64,000 nucleotides of DNA from Anthoceros angustus (Eukaryota; Plantae; Anthocerotophyta), in contig MU008181.1 in assembly GCA_010909165.1 (NCBI GenBank), forward strand, positions 992,001 through 1,056,000, in the 5' to 3' direction. The position numbers were made by a program, and so were the translations under genes. Positions 47,931 to 58,835 of this stretch are shown here, piece by piece; within the stretch, counting starts at the first letter, position 1, and each line of letters starts with the position of its first letter. The notes under the pieces were generated by a model, which saw only the letters and a program-made list of their open reading frames with translations, was not told the DNA's origin and did no database searches.

Positions 47931-48879
47931 TTACCCTATACCTCTTCGCTAGCGCTCTACATGTGTCTAAGCGACCCATTACCCTAAAACATGATGGCCA
48001 ACAATCATGCAATCGTAAAGCTTTTGAACAAGTAGAATTAGATTTCGATGTGAAATTAGTTCTCGGGATCCTCAAGCAATAACGACTCTTGAAATGCACA
48101 AAGACACAAAACCAAGTCCATGACACAACATCGCATCCCCCACAAAAGTTGACCGTGCAGCAACATCTATGCTAGATACACTTTTGCACTTTGGACATCC
48201 CATGTACCTGCCAATGGTCGCTCCAACGGGGTACTACAGTGCGGTGGCCTCCATGTGGCCACTAGTTTGACCCAAAAATCTTTAGCAAATGGATAGCCGG
48301 TGTTCAAAAGCCCTTGCCGCAAGCATTTCTGATGTCTAGTTAATTTATATTAATCCAAAGTTATTAGCTAGCTAGCATCCATATTCGAGCTGTGTTTTGC
48401 AATTTCCATTAGGCAATTCGGACATGATACCAAAGCAAAATTATATATAGCCTTACCTAAAATTCTTTCGAAATTAAAGGGTTTAGTCCACCTTGTGTCA
48501 CTCTTGCAAATGCTATCCAAATTCCGCCTTACGTAAACAGCTTTGCTCATGAGGTACTGTGGAGTGGATAAGCCTCCGAACGCAAACAGATTGGACAAAG
48601 ACAACAATCCATGAATTATTCCGAATCTCTTGTTCACGCCTGGGTTTGGTGCTCGCCCATAACCACAGGTTCTTGGACCGCCAACCTCGTCTCGATGTTC
48701 TCTCCGCTCAATCTTATGCCTCGCCGGCTACCATACAAGAATTGCACACACTCCCTCGTTAACCCTCACCACAACAGCGTGAAAAATAGCCTTCCCCAGC
48801 GGCCCCTAAAATGCAACTCACCTTGATGGTGAGGAGTTGGAGGAAGGTGAGATTGAGGAAGATAAAAAAAGTGCGATTT

Positions 48880-49095
48880 CATCCACTATTGCAAGGAAAA
48901 CTTATCTTTCTTGCTAGCCTTGTTGAGCTTACGAAAATGAACACATATCCAGATTTCCCCATTCTTCTTCATCAAGATGACCAATGGCGACACCCATTCA
49001 ATTGATGTACTCTATAGGCACAATGAACGCTGCAGGAAGCAGCGTCTCGACTTCGTCTTTCACTTCTTGCATGTGCTTGGGAGACTAAGGGCCTT
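48880..49095 (-). mobile_element. Ty3/Gypsy reverse transcriptase N-terminal fragment (copy 2, from the tandem duplication)
   Basis: Same motifs as 47715-47930. Confidence 0.8.
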
Positions 49096-49659
49096 TTCGC
49101 GTGAGCGCCGACCCGAGCCCATGGAATTTTGCCGGGCCCGGGTTCGGCTGTTCGCATGCATAAAATGAACACCAGGCTAGGCACCGTCAATGGATGGTTG
49201 ACTGCAATCATCACAATTCTACCATTAATAGTGCCGGTTATTGCTGCACTTGTCACCATACTTGGCGATTCCAATCGACTTCCGAGAATGGAAGATTCTT
49301 ATTGCTTCGCAACACATTTGATAATCCATGCAGGAGAGGCCACAGATATAGAATTGCAAGCATCCATTCTTGGACTGAATGCTTGTTTGGCAATTCTTGC
49401 TTCTTTAGACAGAATGCATGCAGGGCTCTCAGAATGTGTGTCCAAATGGCTTAGGCCAAATGACATTTATAAGAACATGGTTATTAAGCATCCTGCGCTT
49501 GGATCGGTACTTAGATGGGGTGCCTAAAGGGAATGGATGCCCTTGGTGCAAGTAGCTTAGGCATACCATGGTACAAGTTGTTTAGTACCAAGTCCCATGA
49601 CGGAAATCCGTCCTTAGTGGGCTTAAATAAAATTCTTCTTCTTCTTCTTCTAGCATGGA

Positions 49660-49915
49660 TTGCATTACGGGCAATATTACATCAAACCCTGTGTCAAGGA
49701 TTTTTGGCTTCTTTATAGAAATGTGGTTGCTATCACAGATCAAGCAAGGTTTGCTCGATTCTTCCGTTTCAAGCCTAGCTCCTTCTCTTATCTTTGTGAG
49801 CTAGTACAGTCGTTGATGGTGACTCAGGGCGTGGAAGGATTTAACAGCATACCAGAAAGAGTCTTGCCAGTCCATAAACAGGTGGTTGTGGCTTTATGTA
49901 GATTTGCCACAATTT
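49660..49915 (+). mobile_element. PIF/Harbinger transposase (HARBI1/ALP1-like) N-terminal fragment; no DDE core follows
   Basis: YYIKPCVKDFW..DQARFARFFRFKPSSFSYLCELV..RVLPVHKQVVVALCRFAT (cf. F..FRMS..TF.Y.C.LV..LSVE.QVA.AL.RLATG). Confidence 0.75.
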
Positions 49916-51324
49916 GTCGTTTCTCCTTGCAAGTTGTAGTATCAACTCCTGTGCTGTTTAATGGCAACATGCCTTCTTTGTTGGTGGATTTGACACCTCC
50001 TGTGAGGGTTGTTGGTCGGGATCGAAGTGTGGTTGCAAAAATGAAACCCTTGCAAAGCTACCATGCAGTAACTCTTCAGTGGCTGGACACTTAGATTGAT
50101 TGCCCGTTGGCGGTGGAGAACTAAAATTCACACATGATGAGAATGGAGAAAACATTTTAAAGAGATTTCTCTGGAACATTGAGGAGGATGACAGCGAAGC
50201 AAGGGAAGCTGTATGAGAGTCGTACGCAAGGCAACCGGCTGAACCACAATCCCAACCTGGAACTCTGAATGCACCACTAAATAAAGACTAGGCTGCGTGA
50301 AACGGGGAGCACAGCCCTGTGCATCAATTTTAAGTTCATCTCCGCTTCGCGATTTTTCGCGTAGTGATGCCCAAGTCTGGGATCATGCAAAACCAACCTA
50401 AGAGGCTACGGTTCATCCTCTAGATAAATCTGACATGCCATTGTGAAAGAGAATATTTACATACTCAGTAGACCTGGGAGTTAAGGTATGGTTGATAAAA
50501 TACCTTTAATGCCCTAGCTAATGTTGAATACAGATCTAGGGTGCCAATTTAAAGGATCTCCGGGATGGGATAGTTGAGACACAAAAAATGACATAGGCCG
50601 TCCATATAAGCATCATCATAAGACCCGACTGGATGTGATATGTAGTGTGTGTGTGATAAGATGTTTTGGTAAAGACAATGGCTCCAAGCAGGCCAGCTAG
50701 CTGGTTCCAAACATAGCGTGAGTGGGCCATGCCAGCTTTATCCAAGGATGCAGAGGATCCTAAGCCACAAAAGAGCGCCAAGACGTTGAGGGCAAGTATT
50801 TTTAGAGCAGCATGTAACGGGGACTGGGCAATGTATGGGGCTTGACCCCTTTGTTATTTCAATACGGAGCTTGTCAACTCCATGCTTCTGGCCATGGGTC
50901 TAATCAGCCATGTTGTTGTTTGAATGTGTACACGCTCACTCCAGGGTCTTGCTACCACTAAAGGGATACGAAGCTTGAGAGTCTGAGAGATGTTCAAGTC
51001 CTTGCTTGGCTAACCATCGGTTGTCCTCTTGTGTACCTTGGTTTGCGGTGTTACTAAATACTGTAAGCTTGCCTGACTAACGCTATGTGCAAGCGTGTGT
51101 GTGTACTCCTATGTGTGTCCTAGCATTTGCTCATCGCCGTGGAGTCTATATAGTAGGCACATCAACCACCACGGCCGTGTCCTCTTCAGAATCAGTGTTG
51201 CCTACCGTAGTGAATTATGCTTGAATGGGAATGCCTGCTACCTTAACCGTTCCTACCTGTGCTATTACCCCCATGTAAACCACCACCTAACAGTACGCTG
51301 TTTCTTCGTCTTAAAAAGGCGCGC

Positions 51325-51336
51325 TTTTTAGTAGTG
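51325..51336 (-). other. Possible CACTA-type transposon terminus (reverse complement CACTACTAAAAA)
   Basis: TTTTTAGTAGTG; no matching left terminus or TSD found. Confidence 0.3.
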
Positions 51337-51740
51337 TCACAAGCTATCAAGAAGGGCTGGCGTCATAATCAACAGAGAAATCCTTCCCCTTCTATAGAGG
51401 TAGGTGCAATATGAACACAGACACATGTCATGGCTAACTTCATATACCTTCTCTGGGCCGCAAATTTAAAAGTGTATTTGTCCACCTATAAAACACTATG
51501 CATAATTATGACCTCCAATGCAGATTACAAAGAATTTAATTGTGCGGATACCCTTGACACTGGACTTTTTCATGTATATTGGGTACAATTGTTGCAGTAA
51601 GTCTCACCACTCTCACGAAGGGCAAGAACAATTGTTGTAAAAAAATGTTGCGAAGGATTTCCTTGTACGTCACCGAAGGCGATAAGGAATATCAAAGTCG
51701 TCACTGGGCGGTTTGTGTGTGACAACTTTTTTTCGCCAGT

Positions 51741-52043
51741 GTTCTACTCTTAGATGCCTCCGCATCTTCAAGATTCCTTCATCTTATGCGGGCGTTCTAT
51801 TCTTAGATGCCTGAGAGTGCTAGCTTTCAAGCAACTATGTAGAGAAGTGGTAAAAGTTATTTTTAGTAAAACCTATCAATCAAAATTTGAATTTTTCTTT
51901 TTTTCCGCATCTTTAAGATTTCTTCCTCTTATACGGGAGTTCTACTCTTAGATGCCTCCGTATCTTCAAGATTCCTTCGTCTTAAACGGGCGTTCTACTC
52001 TTAGATGCCTCCGCATCTTCAAGATTCCTTTGCCTTATACGGG
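51741..52043. repeat. 53-bp minisatellite, 4 copies, the second interrupted by a ~93-bp AT-rich insert
   Basis: gttctactcttagatgcctccgcatcttcaagattccttc.tctta..cggg units. Confidence 0.85.
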
Positions 52044-52596
52044 CCACATTGTCGCATGACGGGCCGTATGCGGCAAAAAATTTTCTGTCTCACAACTTGG
52101 GCTCTGGTGTTCGGATGTTGTCATCTAGGATTTTCCTGCTATTTAGGGTTTTCTTACATACATACACATGTTTCTGTTCGCCTAGAACACACATGCACAT
52201 GTTTGGCCCCCGTGTGAAGGCCCCGGATATTCGCTTCCATTCGATAAATACAGATGCAACGGCTTGCCATCAGGTCACGACATCATTGTCCTCCAAGCCA
52301 TCTGTGGGGCGACTTTCGCTGACGGCCAGCCGGGCGCGCATAGTCCCGTGTCGTTGTAACAAGGGGTCCGTTCCCAAGAGAATGATAGGTTCCGTTTGGC
52401 ACGTCTCAACCGATTCTCACCTCACAGTCGTTACCGTTTCGGACTCAAAGCGTGCGCGCTCGCAGTTTCACTACTAACTACTCTTAACGTCCACCGACAG
52501 GCCCGGCGTGGCCAAACGTTTAAGGACTCGTTCACGTCCGTATCCTACCAGTCCGCCCCTCGTTCGTCTAGTCCGTTCTCCTCACCACTCTCACTA

Positions 52597-53059
52597 CGCT
52601 CATCGTTCTTTTGGGAAGAGTGGGTGGGTTGCGTGGTCCGGACCTCCGTCGTCGTTCCGCCAGGCCTCTCCATCCGGGCTCTACACGCCCTCCCGGAGTT
52701 CCACCGGCTCACGCGTTCCGGTCCGTTCAACGTCGGCCCCCGGCTCTGGAAGAGCAAGGGTCTCTGATCGTTCGCCTCGCACACCACCACCACGTTGGGT
52801 CCGTCACGGGACCTTGATCAATCTCTCCGGGGCATCGTTGCACTCGCTCATCGTTCTTTTGGGAAGAGTGGGTGGGTTGCGTGGTCCGGACCTCCGTGCC
52901 GTTCAGCCGGCCTCTCCATCCGGCTCTACACACCCTCCCGAGTTCCAGCTCACGCGTTCGGTCGTTCAACGCCGGCCCCGGCTGGAAGAGCAAGGGTCTC
53001 GATCGTTCACACACCACCACGTTGGTCCGTCACGGGACCTTGATCAATCTCTCCGGGGG
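52597..53059. repeat. ~230-250-bp tandem duplication
   Basis: cgctcatcgttcttttgggaagagtgggtggg...ccgtcacgggaccttgatcaatctctccgggg twice. Confidence 0.9.
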
Positions 53060-53556
53060 TGCGCTCAATGACTCGGGACTCACGTTAGCAAAAGGCGCAC
53101 AAGGGTCTACAAGGGCAGCGGTATCCACCCCAAAAGAAAGATGCTTTACTAGAGCAGCCCCTGCCCTCTTATACTACGCCCAAGGGCGGCGTCTTTATTA
53201 CACTCCTATTACGAGTGGTAGCCCACTGGGTGCCTTGCCGCCTATTCCCCTCTATTCCGCCTATCTACGTCGTCGATGGTGGGGCTGGGAGTGCCCGTGG
53301 TTCCACCTCGGCGCTGGTGGCCCAATCCCTAATCCTGACATCTGCGGCGCACCCAATCGGATGATCCGCGAGGCGGGGCCCCTGCCCCTTCCCGAGACTC
53401 TGTCAAGTTGAGCTACCCCCGGCGGTCTGACAACCGCGGTAACCACCACATCCCCCTCTCCGTCCTCTCATGACCTCCAAGTGGGTGCCTGCTCTGTGGG
53501 GCCACCAGGAGACTGCTCCGCCTGAGCAGGTCGGTGGTGATTCCCCCTCTCCTCCT

Positions 53557-53768
53557 GAGTCCGGACCTTGGGGTCCGAACTCGACTCTGGAGTCCGGACC
53601 TTGGGGTCCGAACTCGACTCTGGAGTCCGGACCTCGGGGTCCGAACTCGACTCTGGAGTCCGGACCTCGAGGTCCGGTCTCATTTCTGGAGTCCGGACCT
53701 CGGGATCTGGTCTCATTTCCGGAGTCCGGTCTCATTTTTGGAGTCCGGACCTCAGGGTCCGAACTCAC
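53557..53768. repeat. 33-bp tandem repeat (~6 copies) gagtccggacct(c/t)ggggtccgaactcgactctg
   Basis: Directly visible; later copies diverge. Confidence 0.9.
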
Positions 53769-56700
53769 GGGTCCTTGAACTTCTCCACTTGGGGGTCCGT
53801 CCTCGCCCATCGGACCCCCTCGGCTTGGGCCTTCCCGGACTTCCCCCTCTCCGTCCCCCTGAGGGGCCCTCGTCCCTTCCTTCCCTGGAGGGGTGCGGCA
53901 GGCTTACCTCATGCCTCGTAGTGTCCGCCATGTCCTGCTCCTCCTGATGCTCCTCCCCACTGCTGCCCTCGTCCCCGAACAGCGCTACTAAGGTTCCGAT
54001 GGCTGTACTATCCCCGGGGCCTTCATCTCCTCCCCCTCCCTCTGATCCATCCGGAGGTCCGTCGATTTGACGGGGTTGGCTCAGGACCTCCAAGGCCTTG
54101 AGGAGCTCGGCATGGTAGTAGGCAAAGTCTGAATCGACTTGTTGAATTGCCTCCTCCACATGCGCCCGAGCACAGTACTCCCTTCTCGGAGTGCTCCAGC
54201 GGTTGGGCGTCTTGGCGGCTTCTTTGGCTCTCTCCCTTAAGGCCGCCAAGCCCAGGTTGGCGGAATCTCTTGAGGCCGCCAAGGATGCCTCCGTCACTTC
54301 TTGCGCCCTCTTGCTGCTTGTCTCTTTCCATCTCCAGCAGTTTACTGGCCAGCTTACGGCCATGGCGCAGCGTTCTCCTTCCACCTTCCGCAACTAGACC
54401 AGCAACTTCTGCTATGCTTTCAGAGCTCTCGCCCCACCATTCATCCTTGCTTGGAGCTCCGCCATCTCCCTTCCCAAGCGGTCCGGCAGCTCCGCCCGGT
54501 TCCTTGCTTCATCCAAATCTTTCTCCATCTCGGCGACGTCCTGCTCCTTGTTTCGCCGCCGAACCTCCTCCGCCCTCCAACAGAGCTGGAGCCGCTCTAT
54601 CTCTCATTCGTGGTCCTCAATTCTTCCTTGGAGGTCCCCGTTCCGTTCCACCGTCACTTGGAGCTGCTGCTCCAAAGTCTCCTTGCGGTCTTCCATCTCC
54701 TGGCGCCGCTCCTCCGTCCTTTGCAGTTGTGCCCGGAGATCCTCTATCTCCCGGTTGCTAGCCTCCCTCTCCTGTGCACAGCTTGCCCGTGCTTGCTCCG
54801 CCGCCATCTGTGTGGCCTTCAGGTTGGCCGCAGCTGCTCCTGCCGTCTCCCTCCACCGGTTCCGATCTCGCCGGTAGTGGTCCTTGTCCGTTTTTGCCGC
54901 GGCTTCGGCCTCCCGCGCCCCCTTCACCTGAGCCTCCCAGGCTTGGTGTTGCTCCTGCCGAGCCGTCTCAGCCAGGTCCTTAGCCCGTTCTGCCTGCCTT
55001 TGGGCTTCCTCGGCCTCCTCTTGGGCCACTTCCCTCCGTCTGCAAAGGTCCTCCGCCTTTGCTTGGGCCTCCTAGCGCTTGGTGATTGTGAGGATCTGGT
55101 CCGATCTTGTTGAACCGACCTTGCCTCCGTCTCCGCCTCCCGGCGCTTCTCCTCCTCGATTCTCGCGAGGGTCTCCGCCTTCCTCTTGGCCGCTTGGGCT
55201 GCCTCCACCTGACCCTGGAGCAGCACCATCCGTCTCTTGGTGGCCTCCACTTCCTGGGTCTTCTTTGCCGTTCCGCAGAGACCCCAGAGCATGCCGTCCA
55301 TGACGGTTGCCAGAACCCGCCGCGTCTCCTCCACGGCCACCGCTGGGGAGACACCCAGGAAGTCCGTCGTGGGCGCGGGCATCTCTCGGTCCATTAAGGA
55401 CCGCCATACTACAGTCCGGAGGGAGACCGGACTAGGATCTCCGGACCCAATCAGGACCCTCAGGTCCTGAGTGTTTTGGTCCGGACCTTCCACCTCCTTG
55501 GCCCTCTTGGCCGCTAACTCCTTCTTTGGCCGCCTTCTCTTGGGGCTTGGAGGTGGTGAGGGGTCTGAGTGGCCCTCTTGCCTCCCGGGGACAGTGACGG
55601 CCTGGGTGGCCGCCAAGGCCTCGCCTTGGGCGGCATCTCTTCGCCCACGGCCTCCTCACTTCCGCCACTCGTGGCGGGGCAAGGACCGTGCGGTTCTGGG
55701 CGCCACGTTGGTGGGGATCGTCTTCCGTCTCTTGGCCACCCGCCTAGTCCGGCGGGGTTCGGGTCAGTCGTGGGCGCGGCATCTCTCTTCGCCCTTCTTG
55801 GCCTCCGCCTTCCTCTTGGCCTCCTCCTCGAGGGTGCTCCGTTGAAGGGACTAAAAGGAGGGAAGCGGGAATATCTTCCCATACTTCCCGGGGTGGCGAG
55901 GGGTTCCGTTCCAGACGTATGGAGTCCGGAATCCCCTCCCAGTCGTCCTCCTCCCGGACTCGCTTGGCCTTGGAAGGACGGGCCTCCTCCTCGGCTCTCC
56001 CTCGTGCTCTGCACAGACCTTCCGGAGCGCCCGCTCCTCCTCTCCCTCCTTCAGGAGGTTAAGGTGCCCCCACACATGGATGAGGAACGGCGATAACGCC
56101 GATGGGGGCGGCTTCTCGCTCCGCAGCTTCATGGCCTCCTGGTTGATCCTGGCGAAGATAATCCTTCCCCAGTCGGCCTTCTTCCCTCTCTGTAGGGCGT
56201 GGAGGAATACCAGTAGGTTATCACCACGGTGGTCCACCTTGGTGAGCGTATTCCAGTGGACAATGCTCTTCGCCACTGTCCTCATCCTCCTGTCCAACAG
56301 GTCCGACATCAACCACCCGTTTGAGGACCGCTGCGTCCCCGGCCTCAAGAGCGCCGCTTCCACCTTCCCCCTCACCTTAAGGGGCTCCGGGACTACGCCC
56401 CCAATTTCTTCTTCTGGGCGATTGTAGACTGCCCTCAGGACCTCCACGGTCCACCTTCTAGGGTCCTCCCTCAGACTCTTGGAGCGGACCTCCTTGTTGG
56501 CCACCGCCAACATTTTCCGGGCGTATTCTCGGACCAAAGCGACGCTGTCGAAGGTTCAGACAGCCTGGAAGATATCCAGGTGCCAGTCCTCCAGTAGCTC
56601 CTCCGCCTCCTCCAGCCAAGGACCGAAATTCGGATAGCGCTTGGTGACAATATTTCGTTCCACCAAGGGCCAGGGTTCCCACGTCTCCGCCGCCTTCTTT

Positions 56701-58835
56701 GGCCCCATTGCTATGCGCAGCTTGGTCTGCTGTTGGGGCTTGAGGCTGAACAAATCTTCTTCCTCCTTTCCGCAAGGCTTGCGGGAGGTGAGTCACTTAA
56801 TTGCGCTGGTCACCGAAAAGACAGAGTAGGGTGTCTTTGCACGAGGCTAAAAGCCGACGTCGCCGAGAGAATGGCCTTGGCTCGACCAGCTGGCGCGAGT
56901 AACGGCGCGGGAGGCGTCCTTCACGCCTCTGTAAGTCCCGCATTGCTTACTCGCATTGCTTTCATTGCCGCCGCGCATTACTCTGACTTACTCGCGCATG
57001 TACTGAGCGTGGTTACCGCCTACACCCACACTGCAACCCTACGGTCCTGGCTCGCATGCTGTCGCCTCAAGACTGCCCACGTGGCGCCTGCTGCGAATAC
57101 GCCCCTGCTCCAAAGTTACCTTTCTGGCGTTTATTGCACATTTGAGTGCAGCCCGGACTTACCGCGGTTGCGTGCCTCCGACGTGTGATCCGTAGCCGTT
57201 CCGGAGTGTGGTCCGTAGCCGCTCCGGAGTGCGGTCCATAGCCGCTCGAGTGCGGTCCGGAGTCTCTCTGGAGTGCGGTCCTGAGTCTCTCTGTCTACTC
57301 CGGGGTGCAGTCTGGAGTTACTCCGGCCTTATTTCTCCCTTTTCGCCTTATTTTCCACTCCACACTTACGAAAAAAACAAAACCTAGCTTATTACCTACC
57401 CAAGGGGAGAGCCCACAGTCCACACCATCTGCCATAGAGGCATGGTCAAGATCTGCTGATGACCTGCTCAAGGCCTGTGCAAGGCCGTTTCCCCAATTCC
57501 TGCTTAAGGCGTGCTGAAGGTTTGCTGAAGACTTTTGAAGGTCTGCGAGAACGTGCAAGCGCCAATGTTCCCGCAGCCCTAAGAAAGAAAAACATGTGTA
57601 TCGCACGCAAAATGATTCTTGACACATCTTCTAACGACATCGGTACATGAGAGGCAGGCCCCCTCGCTCCCCCCCCTAGCCAATGTCGTCAAGTTTGTGA
57701 CCTAAGAAGTTTATACGGTGGGAAAACTTCTTATGTAACCTTCGATATAAACCCTTGGTATAACGGTGGTAAGATCGTATTCCATAAGGTGAAGGTCTAA
57801 ATGGCATGACAAAATGAGCGGTTGGTGAGTAAATTACATAATGCGAAACTCCTTCGCACAGAATAGATAAGCTTTTGTAGGAAACGGTGCATTCACCTAC
57901 CAAGCCTAATTAAATCCGTTGCCTAAACAACATCCTACTCTGTAACAAGATTGGAAGTTTGAAATTCTATATTAGGTAGGAAAAAATGGATAAATTCCAT
58001 GGTGCACACCGTACCATTAAGCAAAACCCTTAACCCCAGAATGACTGAAGGGTCGCGGCCTGCTCATGACGATACTTAGGATGAATGCGCTCCGAAATTT
58101 CTAGGTGCCGGATGGACGATCTGTTAATTCTGCTAAAACAGGGTGCCTTGGGCCTCCATGTGGGCTAGCCAATGACCCCTCGCGTGTTCCCATCCGCTTT
58201 GATCTGAAACCCATCGCGCCTACTTTTGCGGTGATAGCACGCTGGGTTTGTGGTGTTGGCGCCATTAGACACTGAACTCTGGACATGCAAAGGTACGCAC
58301 TCCAAAGTTCTGCCTCTTGCGTCCTAACCACAACACAATCGCTCAAGATTGTACATCATTGACACAAAGGAACACAATCTTCCTTCACAACCCAGTACAC
58401 CAAGCACCGAAGCATTGAACCAAAAAGTAACTCGTGGCCCTCTAATGAGATAGGCAAAGCCCAAGTGCTATGTGCACACCCAAGGGTACGCGTCCTCACA
58501 CCATGGCTTTAGGGTTTATCATGCACACAGCCCAATGCGGTGGCCGGGATGGCGGAGCCGGTGTGGAGCGGAGAAGTTGGTGCCTATGTTGCCGGGCTGG
58601 AGGAGCGCGGTTGTGGAGAGGGGGGAGATCGCGGACGCACTCTCTCCTTCCCGGCTCATATGAAAACGGCGAACTGACCTTGGGTCAACTATGGAGGCAG
58701 CCACTCTCTGACGTTCAAAACACGATTCAAGGAGGCAAACATGGTCCAATTTAGAAGGCTATGGATCTATTTGCTGCGAGCGGATCGACGGGAAGAAATT
58801 GCAATGTTCCGGGAATTCTTTACCGTGCTGAATTT

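Larger units (their letters stand above)
46719..49097. repeat. ~1.2-kb tandem duplication (46719-47923 / 47924-49097) with GGCCTTTT junction microhomology
   Basis: Collinear copies differing mainly by small indels. Confidence 0.92.
52213..57680 (-). mobile_element. GC-rich Ty3/Gypsy-like relic carrying a broken accessory ORF (plant retroelement domain plus long coiled coil) and a polypurine tract
   Basis: Minus-strand frames ~56710-53750: LVREY..LREDPRRWTVEVLRAVY..LQRGKKADWGRII..LSPFLIHVW, followed by E/R/A/K-rich coiled coil. PPT-like AGGGGGGGAGCGAGGGGG on the minus strand (~57657-57678) shortly before TGT at 57647. Element boundaries uncertain. Confidence 0.55.
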
